Shown here piece by piece: positions 38,101 through 50,100 of a stretch of DNA of 64,000 nucleotides; the stretch's first letter is position 1; each line of letters begins with the position of its first letter. The position numbers and the translations under genes were made by a program. Source of the stretch: Balanoglossus misakiensis. Its lineage: Eukaryota > Animalia > Hemichordata. Where the stretch lies: NCBI GenBank assembly GCA_040954595.2, contig CM082585.2, positions 10,218,564 to 10,282,563 on the forward strand, read 5' to 3'. Below the pieces are notes generated by a model. That model did no database searches. It was not told where the DNA came from and saw only the letters and a program-made list of their open reading frames with translations.

Positions 38101-41100
38101 CAGAGACAAACAAAAGGGGGTGAAGGTGTCAAAAACTTTAAACAAAGGAGGTGTCAACTCATGAATATAAAGTGGTGGTGAACAGTTTTAATGTCAACCA
38201 GTGATAATTCAATCTGTGTATGGTGGGTCTTGCACACAAATTGTTGGAAACATAAAACAAACAGACTAATGATAGTAGAAACATTAAATATTTCAGTTTG
38301 ATTTGCTGGTAGACTGCATTGCATGTGTCACCCTGTATTGTTTGTTCAACTGTAGGACCACATGTCAGCTTTTTGGAGTGGACTATGAATCATGATTTTG
38401 ACCTACATGTGTTCACGCAGAGTTGACCATGTAACCCTGGATCTTCTGGTTGGCTGGCCCTGGATTGGGGGGGGGGGGGGGGGTGACCATGTATCCTTCG
38501 ATCTGATTGGCTGGCCTGGATTGAAGGGGGGTGACCATGCTACCCTGGCTCTGATTGGCTGGTCTTGATGGGGGGGGGGGGGGTTGCATTGATGGCATTT
38601 AGCATAGCTATTCCACTAAATGTTTATATTTCTCATTACAAGTTTCTTGAAAAAAATTAAAAAGAACACCAAGTTTCAATGCATGTGTACCAGTTTCAGC
38701 ATTTAATTTCATGGCCGTGCCACACATAAATAAAATACAACCAGTTACCACAAACTGAATGTGACATTTCTTCCTGCTTGATTAGTACACATTACCCATT
38801 CACCTAATTGATTCAGAATTCCTACACACCTAGCCATCGATTTGCAACGTGTCAGAATTTTCATTGAGTCTCAACCTTTTGCTAATCTAAATAAAACAGT
38901 CGTTTCTCTAAGTGTGGAAGGCATGTCCCTATTAGCAGGATAGTTTAATGGTCGGACTTGTTTGTTTTTCAAAAAGATCAATAATCTAAGAATGTGTTTT
39001 ATGTAGTGATATCCAATGTGTTGGTATGAATTGAAGGTAAAATATCCCGAATTAGGTACTGGTTTATTTGATTTAATAAAAATTTCTACGGTAGTTTCAT
39101 TGCCTTATGTATGTACTTGTAGTTGTCAAAGATAATAAACAGAGTGGTATTTCAGGAGCAAGATTTTCAAATGCCGCACTTCTGGTGTACAGTAAACATA
39201 GCGCGTCGCAATAGGCGTATTGTTCATTGCGTTTCTCATACCCTGTACACGAATTCCTTGAAGTGGTGTGCGTTTGTGATTTGCCGACCTGTCTGTCATA
39301 CATGTGGTCAGTGTTTACACAGTTATACCGGGCTGAACAAATCAACAAATTGTGTACATTTATCATTCATTTTTTCCTGCAAAGTCATCGCTTTGTGCAC
39401 AGGTTGTACATTCCAAACAATTAACAATCTGTAAATGATAAACAGTATAATATCGATAAATTTTGGATACAGTCAGTCTATTTTTAGATCCCCCAAATGT
39501 TATGTGTATCTGTTGTCTAGAGGATAGTCTGTGGGGATAAAGTTCAGCAATCTTTACACATTTCAAACTTCAATTGGTGACAGAACTGAAAGAAGTCGGT
39601 CACACAGCATTGTGGGAAAAATTACTGGCATCGGGTTTGGGTGTCCTATCATAGTGATTGTGGCATGTTTGGCTTGGATTCATCTTTACCATAGTGGTAA
39701 AGTCAACGACAAACTCATCCACAAAGTCAAGGTAGTTTAGTTGAATGCAGGATCTGGTTGATTTTCTCAACCAAGTAGTGAGGGCTTCAAATACTCCATC
39801 TGTCAAAAACATTCTGTAATTTTATCTGTTTTATTGTACCTCTGTTGAAAAAACCTGAAATTCGACCGCAAATTTGTTTTCATTGGCGGAGATTTTATTT
39901 GTAGTTTGTATGAAAAGGTAAAAAAGCCCATCCGCTCTCAAAGTGCTTTCCCAACATTTTTTTTATCATGCAAAGCTTTATGAACTGCAGAAACACAAAT
40001 GTGTATTATTCCCAACTTTTCTGTCGTAAATTGAGCATATCGCAAATATCGCTGACTCCAGGTGAGCCCGCGCTGCCCTCCGTCATGAGAAATTGACAAA
40101 GGAATGCTTTTCTTGTGAGTGATTCAACCGGCATTCCTTACCCCATTCAGACATTTCCCAACTAATTTTCCAGCGAGTGAATCCATAACGAACCTTTTTT
40201 CATGGTTTTTAAGCATCATTCTACCACAGTATGGCCAGACTGGTCAGTCGGTCAGTCCTTTTCACCCCTGAATTTGTTGCTTGGGGTCAGTCTTGACGGA
40301 TTTCTTGGACCTGGCTATAAGCTTACTTTAAATGATATTGCATATTGGACCTGATCAGTGATGTGATGTCTTAGTGAACAGATTAAAACAAAATGATATA
40401 GATAAAAGGTCTGTGCTTCTGATACCCCACCCCTCTTTTTTTCACCCAATTAAAGATCAACACAGTTAACCTTTGATTCTCTTGATTTATCTGTCATTAA
40501 CCAGACCAACCGTATTGAATAATTTGCTGATAAGGCAGCAGTTCGAAGCAGAAATAGTCTTCTTATCTCTGAAATGCTGGCCTATTGGGAAAGAAATCAT
40601 AAAAGAGTAAAGTTCAGACAAAAAAGAGGAAACCTTTCCTCAGTTCAATTTTTTGATCTAATATAACAACTTGAGTAAACTTCACACAATAATGTTAGTT
40701 CTAACTCAGTGGAACCATGAACTTCCAAGTTAGCTGCCACGGTCTGTCAACAAAAAATACAAAAAGAGCCAGGTGATTCCATCAGCAAACAAAAACCTCA
40801 TTTACATTGGCCATCAACTCCCCGAAATTTTACACCCAGCCGACATGACCTTACAATTGAACAAAGTGCGACTATTCAAAAGAGTATAATCGCTCTGCTA
40901 AACATGCGTGCACCACTGCGCGTAGAAAAATATGTAACGGTCGAACTGACCGGGGCCCGCTCAGAACAACTTCTACCATCGCTCAGGGAGCACTGCTGTA
41001 ATGGAAGCATTGGTAGATTTCCGACAAGCATATTTGCCACCCAAGCAGGGGTAAGCTAGCTACCTCACTGACTTCATAATGATATATATGTCTGTGGAAT

Positions 41101-44100
41101 GTTGGGCCAGGACATTTTTTCCCCACTTCTCTGTGATGATTGATACAGAACAGCCAAATCCTATTACTGCATAACCTAGTAGTAACTTTACATTAGACTG
41201 TTGTGTTTCTGCGACTTTTGGATAAACTTACCTTTGGCACCAGCGATAATACCAGATAAAATTTATCATGATTAATTTTAAAAAACAACGAACCTTGACT
41301 TCAGCAACATGAGATCAAAGTTTACAGTGTTAGTTTTTTAGATCTAATGTAATGTTCTTTTTATGTCAATCTGCGAGTTGAGTTCTGGTAAAATCACTTG
41401 GGGATTTTGTTGTTCCCACTGAAGGCACTTAGCTCAACCATGGAATTCCATTTTTCCGATTCTGAGTGACAGAACTTCAGGCATGGAGTCCATTTCTGAG
41501 TGGTCCATACGGAAAGTGTGTTTTCCATTCGTTATAAGGTTACATTGTGCTTAAGTCAACTGGAGGGGGTTTGGTGTCTCGACTTCCTCCCCCTCCTCCC
41601 ACACTCCCCCAACTTTCTTAACACAGTCACTCCAGTTTACTGTGTTTCAATGACACTTATTTGCTTGTTGACTTCCAGAGAGTTTGGTTCATTCATCTGC
41701 TGTATCTGCATCGCAAGAACTTACAGGAGCGGCCTCGGGCAGGTCCAAATTAAGCGCGTCGCAGTCGAGTTCACGACTGAAACGCTCCAGAGCCCTGTCC
41801 TGCCTTCTCAGGGATCGCTTCCACAGCGACATGGCCTGGTCCGAAGTTCGTAAGCTAGACCAGAGTGAGGAGAGTTTGGATGCACTGCTTGAAAACGAGA
41901 GCCCTAGTGAGGAAGTCATGGGCGAGACAGATAACGATGATGTTTTCACGGTAACAAAAAGAGGAGAGAGAGAAGAGGCCGGCAGAAGTTCGGAGAGAGG
42001 GCACAGTGTGAGATTTGCAAGTACACCGGTGGTCAGGACTTATGATTACGAGGATAGGCCGTGGCCTGGAGACGACGTCATGGCAACCAGTCGGGAAGAC
42101 GAAGATGTGGACTCGTTTGTGGAAGTGATGGATTCATCAGGAGAAAACGAAGGAAGGTACATGCCGGCATCGTTAGAGCTTCCTGACCAAGTAAGTACAT
42201 TTATTATTTTGTTGAGGTTTGCAGCGAATCTTGTAAATGTGTGGTTTTGTGGTATTGAGTTGACTTCTCTCAGACATATTGGTGAAAAACCAAAACTTCA
42301 CTGGTGAGAATTAACCCTTTCACACCCATTGTTTTCTATGGTAAGGTTGGACCTCTAAAGAAGGTACTGGGGGTGAAAGGGTTAACTCAAGGTGAGATTA
42401 TATGACCAGTGTCTATATGAACAATATGTGTCTCGAATCCTTGCCGATAAAATGTACTGAAGTAAAAGTTTACAAGACCTGCAGACAATGGAATGTGTGT
42501 CCACCTGGTCTAGAAATAATGGAAAAAATAAGGAAAAATGAAAATGTGTTGTTCAAAGGGTTAAATTTATATAGCACGTCCTGTATTGATTTCTTCCCTA
42601 CAACCATCACTGCTTTCAAATATTTGTGCGCACTTACTTGGCAGTACGCCATGGGAACTAGATTTCTAAACCAATCACAACCTCCCATCTTGTTTATACT
42701 TTTCGTGCACTTAGCAGGGCACAATAGTTGTTGACAGTTGTTTAGTCACAGTTCAGTTTTCGTTTTCCTTTGCCGACAAGGGAATACTTTGTTCGGTATT
42801 TACCGAACAAGAACCTGTCTACATCTTTTGTTGTTGTCAAATACTGGTCCCAGCAAAAATTCTTCACTAGCACCAAATTTTTTTAAACATATTTTAGTTT
42901 GTCTCAAATTTGAAATATCCTGATACTAATATTGTATTTGAACCTCATATTACATTTAGTATCCCGAAATAATATATGTTGCTTTTTTCTGTGCGCAGAA
43001 CAACTCAACCACAAACACATCTTTGAATAAATGTTTAGTCTAAAAACCTTTCACACCCCTCTAATCCAAAATAACAGAGGAAACCTCAAAACATTGTAAA
43101 TAGTCACTACTGCCAAGTCTTGAAGGTCATAGAGTTGACCCTGAGTGAAATAACCTCAAGACAAAATACACAGGTATTTATCAAACACAATTACGTGAAG
43201 GTTTTCATGGTGAAGTATTTCATATCATTTCACTCTGGTCACTTTTTGTTTACACAAACCATTCTGAAGTTGGCGCCAAATCCATCAGAGATAGATTTCC
43301 TTTTGTTGTGTGTGTGTGTAGTGCACCACCTGGCCATTTCCGCCCGAATTTACTCAGGTTCAAGTGTGAGTCAGAAATTACCTCTGATTGTAGCTATGGC
43401 CCCTTTAGCAGATCATTAAAATTGACACGTTCATTTTATGACAATATTGTGATCATGGTATGTATAAAGTCACATACCGGTAAAATCAATAGATGTGTAC
43501 TTCCTTGGTTAAGAATTCTGCAGTTCTGTTTGTACATGTATGCACACGTGAGTTTGAGTGGCCATTGATTTATTGTCTGTGATATACAATTGCTCTGCAA
43601 ATTGCAAAGTACAAATCAAGTGTTACATAGACAATAACAATGTAATGTTTCATTTAAAGAGGAATGATTACTCATGAAGCTTTGTCAAAGCTTTGTCGCA
43701 GGTAATTTTTCACAAACTCTCTGAATTCCATTGCGTGGCTTTCAAGCTTAGCGACACTTTCACGTGTGACAAGTGTTCTACTCGAGTTGTTTGTGAAGCT
43801 GTCATCCCCCAAAGCTCTGAAGGATTATGGTATGAATACATGACTTTTTAAATGCCAGTGTAGTATGTACCTGATGGATTTTCCAAATGCCAACTTCCAT
43901 AGTTACTTTGAAAGCATAGCAAATTATAGAGAAGTTGACTTTATCCCATGCGACAAGTACGTTAAGCTCAGTGCTTTTCATTTAGTTGGCAACTCAAAGT
44001 TTTGTTGAACTTGAAGTTTGTTTCATGAATTGCAGAAGGTTGTCTAAACAAAAGCCTGTTTATTCCAATGCTGTCTTTTGCAGAGTGAGAGTGAAAATGA

Positions 44101-47100
44101 GCAAATCTCCAGTCCTATGCTGTTCTGAAAATTTACCAAAACTTGATCAGAACTCATCTGATACCACAGTTGCGTTTTCCAGTTTTGAAATAAATAACTT
44201 ATGTACTCAAGGATTGCTCGTTCACCCGTACAACCCAGTTACACAGTTCCATCTTTTTTCCGACCGAAGCGATGACTGCGTTGAAAGCATGACACCACCT
44301 GCAGCTGTATTTCTGCAAACGTACATTGCCTAATTTGTATTCTGCAGACCTAACATATCCGCTGGTTGTCAAATCTATCATTTTGAACAGTTGACTCGGG
44401 GAAATCGCCCGAGGCTGGCAAGCTGAAAAGACGCCCAGTGACACCGATTCTCTTTCTCCGAGAAATTCCGGGGTTGCTCTGTGACTATGCCAGCCGCGGA
44501 TATGGACATAAAAGATCTGTGTTGGCAGAAGTAATAGCTTTTTTGTACTTTTTTTTCCCTGTATGATATACACGAGTACGAGATACATATGTTTGCCACC
44601 ATTGGCCAATGGACGTGGTTCTATGTTGGTCGATTCTTGAACAAGAGTACCCTAGTTTCTCTAGTAAATACATAAATATGATTACTTGTCAACTTTTGAT
44701 ACATTTTGAGGTTATAGGATTGTTGGAAGGTAAGATTTGCTTTATTTTGATTTGATTTCAAACTCCAGAAAAATTATCAACACCTCTTTCTCAGAGCGGC
44801 ACCTGTTTACAGCTTGAACCAGACAGTAGATAAAATATATCACTCAGGTGTGTAGCGCAAAATCTATATTTGCATTTGATGTCAACCAATCTGTAAGGTG
44901 ATTGGAGCCTGGTGATTGTGTTGTTTTCAATGTCGAGGTGTGTATTCAGGTGGGAGAGCAAATCACAAACAGACAAGGTGTCTTTCACACAGCATTATTG
45001 TTGCGCTGCGGTAAACGCTAAATGCTGCACTGTTTGATGGGTCCTCCCTCTGTTATTTGTCACTGTGGGAAAGGATACCCCTGACTGAGTCTGAACCAAG
45101 TTGCGTTCAGCAAAAACACACGCCCCGTCGGTAGTGTTTCTTCAGACTTTAAACAGTAACGTCTGTTTCTTAAAGAACCCCCGTGTGCATGTCTTTGCAG
45201 TCCTGGTGCAGATTTGTGAGTTCCCAGACACTACATGACCCCGCTCCCACAGTTATTTCTTGAGATTCTTTGTTTTCTGTCTCGCCAGTATTACACAGGT
45301 AAACTTAACCCGTTGGGGCCCCAGCATTGAAGAAAATTTCTGAATGATGTCATAGATCCGGCGGTCAGGGTGCAAAGGTTAATTTGCAACGTTTTACAAA
45401 TTTTAATACCCGTCTGTGTTTATGTTTATAAAGACCAAGACCACAAAAAAACGTGTTTGCTGTTTTGGTCTGAGGTCTCTCGTTTCATTTCATCGCATCA
45501 CCCAAGTAACTTTCTCATATTTCACAGGACACCTGTGGTAAATTTGCATGTTTTCTCACAAAACATATAATTGTGCTTTTTCATTCACCCAGAAAGTTTA
45601 AATGTTTGGCACACAGGGTTCATTAGGCTTTTGAAAAAGTCCTTGAAAGTCCTGAAATTTCAAACCTCAAACCCAGAAAATCTTGACGTAATGAAATTAT
45701 GTTACAGTTGACTTTGCTACAGTTTGCAACAACGCAATTGGCTTTCTGGTATAACAGAGGGTCCTTTTTCATTATGGTTGACTGAATGACCAGTCTGTTA
45801 GAATCCGTTATTGAAGTGTTGCAAATTAATTGCAGTCAGAGTTAACCATCAAATGTCGAGAAAAGGTAAACTCTCAAGTTGTGTGACTGTCATGTTTAAA
45901 ATGAAGATGAAGTTGTCGCTGTTTTACTTATTTTACCTTTCACTTGCCGGCCCCTGTTGACAATTGCTGAAGACATACCCAGAAATTCAACCACTGAAAA
46001 ACTCCCGGAGATTTCCGAGTCTACAAACTCTAGATACAACCTGGGAAATCGTAATGAATTCAAGTCAATCAGCCAGTCAACAAGTGGTTGTCAAACAACT
46101 AAGAGGTCAACTTGGTCAAAATGACGGGACATTGATGCTTTTGACCCAAAATACACTCCGAGTATTTCAAATTACAATTGGCTGGTTACTAAAACCACTG
46201 AAAATGCCTTCGCCAAGTCGCCGGTGATACGGAAACTGGGCCAAGGAACAAAGGGTTGATTGTGAGATCTGGTTGACTGTGGCTTTACAAGGGAGTGTGT
46301 GTGTGTGTGTGTGTGTGTGTTGTTTTTCCCGCCATCAGCTGCTCAGTTAGCGGTTGAGTGGGACTGGTGTGTCTCCCAAGACTGGGTCATTTAACTCAGA
46401 AGTGACATGTTTGGGAGTCAATCTCTGATGAACTCAACGATCTCTGTTGATCATCACACTTGTGTATCAATCACTCTCTCTCTCTCTGCCTCTGTTTGTC
46501 TGTCTGTCTCCCCCTCCTACCTTCTCTCCTTCACCCCCTCCCTCCCCCTCTGTTACTCACCACACAACTTTACAGATACGCCTTAATTTGTTGCTGTATC
46601 TAAATTTATTACCACTCTTGCAACATATTTCAGCAGTGTAGTACATGTATAGTGATAGAGAGATAGTTTTATACATGTATTTTGTATTGTAAGAAAAAAA
46701 TTGGACATTGAAAACCAGGTGTGCTGCCAGGTGTGTACCACCTGTAATATAACTTGTATGCTGATAAAACCTACAGAGATAAAAGGCTTACAATCTGCAC
46801 AGGTGTGTAGACATGTGGTCTTCACACTTTTGGTCAAGGTCAAGGCCAAGGCCATGTTTGGATGATTGTAAAAAAGTAGTGGGTGCCAGCTTGTGGTACA
46901 CATGTACTTTACTCAAATATACCTTCTGTATGTAAACCTGTTTCACGTCTTGTGTCAGAGTCCCATAAGCTGACTTTTGGGTCATTGACTTGTTAACTGT
47001 GTATGTGTTATTGTACATTTCGCTATTAAGTGTTCTAAGCATTTGTGGGGAGGAATACTTAGTGACTGAGTTTCTCTGTAATTGTGGTACAGTCAACTGA

Positions 47101-50100
47101 TCACCACTTAATGTGTGAGAAACGTTACGGTCAGTGACTTAATTGCAATAAAAAACAAGGAGACTGAACTTGAAACAAGAAAATTAAACTCTAAACGAGA
47201 AAAATCACACCGTTAACGAGTAAGAAAATCCCCGCCCCAGAAATTCGAAACATCTATGACGTCTTCTCACTTTCTCTGGGAATCATTCGTCAAGGAAGTT
47301 CCCAAGATTTCAGTGAATGGAAGTCGGTGATTCAATCTGAGTGCAACAATGCCTCACGTGTAAATAATCCTGAAATGGTGTCCGTAATTTGGCCATATCA
47401 CCTGTTTCGCTTTGTCTTCCATTGTAATTTTAACCACTTCACGTGTGGTAAATTGTTGACGTATTTCGAAAATGCAGTATAAACCTGCCGCGTAGTCGTG
47501 TGTTTGTCATTTGTTGCATAGTTTTGGAGAATTATTACCATGGTTGACCAGTGTCAAAATGTGCTATTCAAAAATTCATCCTGAGCAAGTAAGTCACTCT
47601 GCTGCATTGTGTGTGTGTGTGTGTGTCTGGGTATGCCTGTATACATGTGTGTTATTTCTGCTAGCTTGGTTTGAGTTTCACAGCCAACCCTGTTTGACGT
47701 GCTTGTACTGGTTTAGTCCAAATCCAACGTTTTCTGTGGTAAGTTTGGATCTACGCAAAGGGAAACGGGGTTTGTTTGCCGATCAGCCAGGCCAGATGTT
47801 GACCAGATTGTCGATTAGGAAACAAACAATATTGACCCATTTGTAATATCGATTGCATTCTTGCAAATGATATTATCAACTGTACACAGAAAAACAATTT
47901 GACAAATTGGTCGACTTTGTGACCTCAGGTTGACCGAAGTTGAACCAAAAAACCTATTAAAGAAAATCAATTCTGTTCTGGTACATTCCGCTTTTTCGCA
48001 CATCATGCATGTCAGTTTCGTTTGGGAAGTAGTGTATGACATCTGCCAGATGTCTTTTCACAATTTTCAGTGATTTTTGTATCTTTACCAGTTCACTGAA
48101 CCTCTATTTCTCAATTATTGTAGAGTTGGCATTAGAGGGCGCTGTTCAGCCAAGTAAACCGATAAATTATCCCGTGAGACCGGTAAATCATGCTTGAATC
48201 ACAATGAAAACAAGACCAAAGTACTGAAAAATAATAAAGGTGACAAGACATGAAAAGGTTCAATTATTATTGATAAAAAATTAAGGTGCCAATGGTGCCA
48301 TGCATTTATTTCGTTAGTTTTAACTTGATATACCTTGACCCAAATAAAGAAAGGTTGCCCTTGTATGTTTTCTCGCTCACTTAGATGTATTTTATACTCG
48401 TTTGTTTTCTTATGCATTCTAGTTTGGGGTTCCTTCATTCAGTCAGCGAGTAGACGTTAGCATCCTTTCAAGCCGATCTTTTATGTACTTGCAAACGTGA
48501 CACAAAGAAAGTCAGAAAACTGTCCGTTGATTTCCACCGCCGCATTGTAAACCGGTTTCTTCCACTTGGATGCCTGTCAATGCCAGTCTTCTTGTGACGT
48601 GATTTGTGTATCGCCGAGTGCATTTGAGTTCAAAGTTAGAATTTTGTCAACATAAACTGCTGTTCTGCTTGAATGGAGATATTTCCTATTTGTGGGTGAA
48701 TTAACAACTGGTGTTTGCTGTCTCTGTCTGGGAATCAACAGTTTCTGTTTGGAAAACACTGAAAAGAAATTAGTTTAACTGTTAAACCTGATAGGCTGTT
48801 GGTTTCACTTACAGTGTGTGAATTTCATTTGTAAAGTATCACATAATAGAGAAAACCAGAAACTGAAAAGTTCTGGGATTTTTAGATAACCCCGGAGAAG
48901 TCCTTAAAAATCCTTGGGAAAAAGAGATCTATTTCTGGTATTAATTCATCGAAATGTCATTCAGCAACCTGTGCCTCTGCAAAATTTGAACATCATGAAG
49001 ATTTGACAAAGTTATCATGAGTAATCACTCTAGAAAAATGGCGTTTTGACTCCTCAATACTCAGGGGAAACCACTTGGAACTGGAGAAATTCCCAGGAGT
49101 AAATTTGTCTGTTACTGGACACCTTGTTGGACAATACAGGGTGACAGCAAACAGAAGGTTGGATTGACTCTCATCACCTTCAGAATTCAAATCAGGTTGG
49201 ATGGCGTTCACGTTTTTTTCTGGACTTCTGCCCAGACCTAAACACAGGAAGAGATTTCTTGCATTGTGAGAACATGTAATATCAACATTGGGTCCGTTTC
49301 CATGGCCCTTGTTTGCCTTCATTTCCACGCTTGACGTCTCTTTCCCTGTTTTTGTGTTTTACTCTCATGAGCCCTCAGAGTGGCCATTTTCTTTGAGATG
49401 TTCTCAAGACGTCTTGGCGTTTCTTAGGTGGAATGTGTCCCCAGCTTATCGTTTGACCACTGAAGGCTGCGAGAATGATAATTAGCCTTGTATACTGAAA
49501 AGTAATTGTTCAGTTCATTGGCCCCCTTTTTTCATCTACCTTGTAAGAATCTTGATATATCTCATATACTGGGCGTGACGAGGTGGGAGTCATTTCTTCT
49601 TCATGTTTCGCTCTGAAATTCCTCTCCAGTAACGTAATAGTGTTGTCACCACTGAATGTACCTGAATCAGAGAAAAGTAATGTGAAACCAGATACTGGCA
49701 TTCGTTGCATGAAAGGGATAGTTTCAGTTTACATGATAAAATACTTGAAAACTACTGATAATTGATTTAAAGGTGTTAAAATCCCATCACTAGTAGATGT
49801 ACTGGTACAGTGTGACATGGTAGTGTGATCATGGAAAAGCTTTCAGAGCTCAGCCTTCTGATTGATATAGCCATGTACTAGAACATTTATGTCATAGGTT
49901 TATCATCATTGGTGATTGTTCTGGTTTATTCCCATGTCTGGGATATGGTTAAAACTGCACACATGATAACATTTCAGTTGAGCCAAGGAGTGCTTGTAAA
50001 GAGATTGAAATTTCAGCTCTATTGTACAGTAAAACCTGTCTAATCTGGAAACCTATTGATACCAAATACACTTTCCTGTCCCTTTGACATAGGAGCATGT

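Noticed and set aside
8971-48145. CTCF-like AGAGGGCGC/AGGGGGCG cores at about 8975, 29070 and 48135
   Set aside because: Partial matches only; cannot be told from chance without a PWM scan or ChIP
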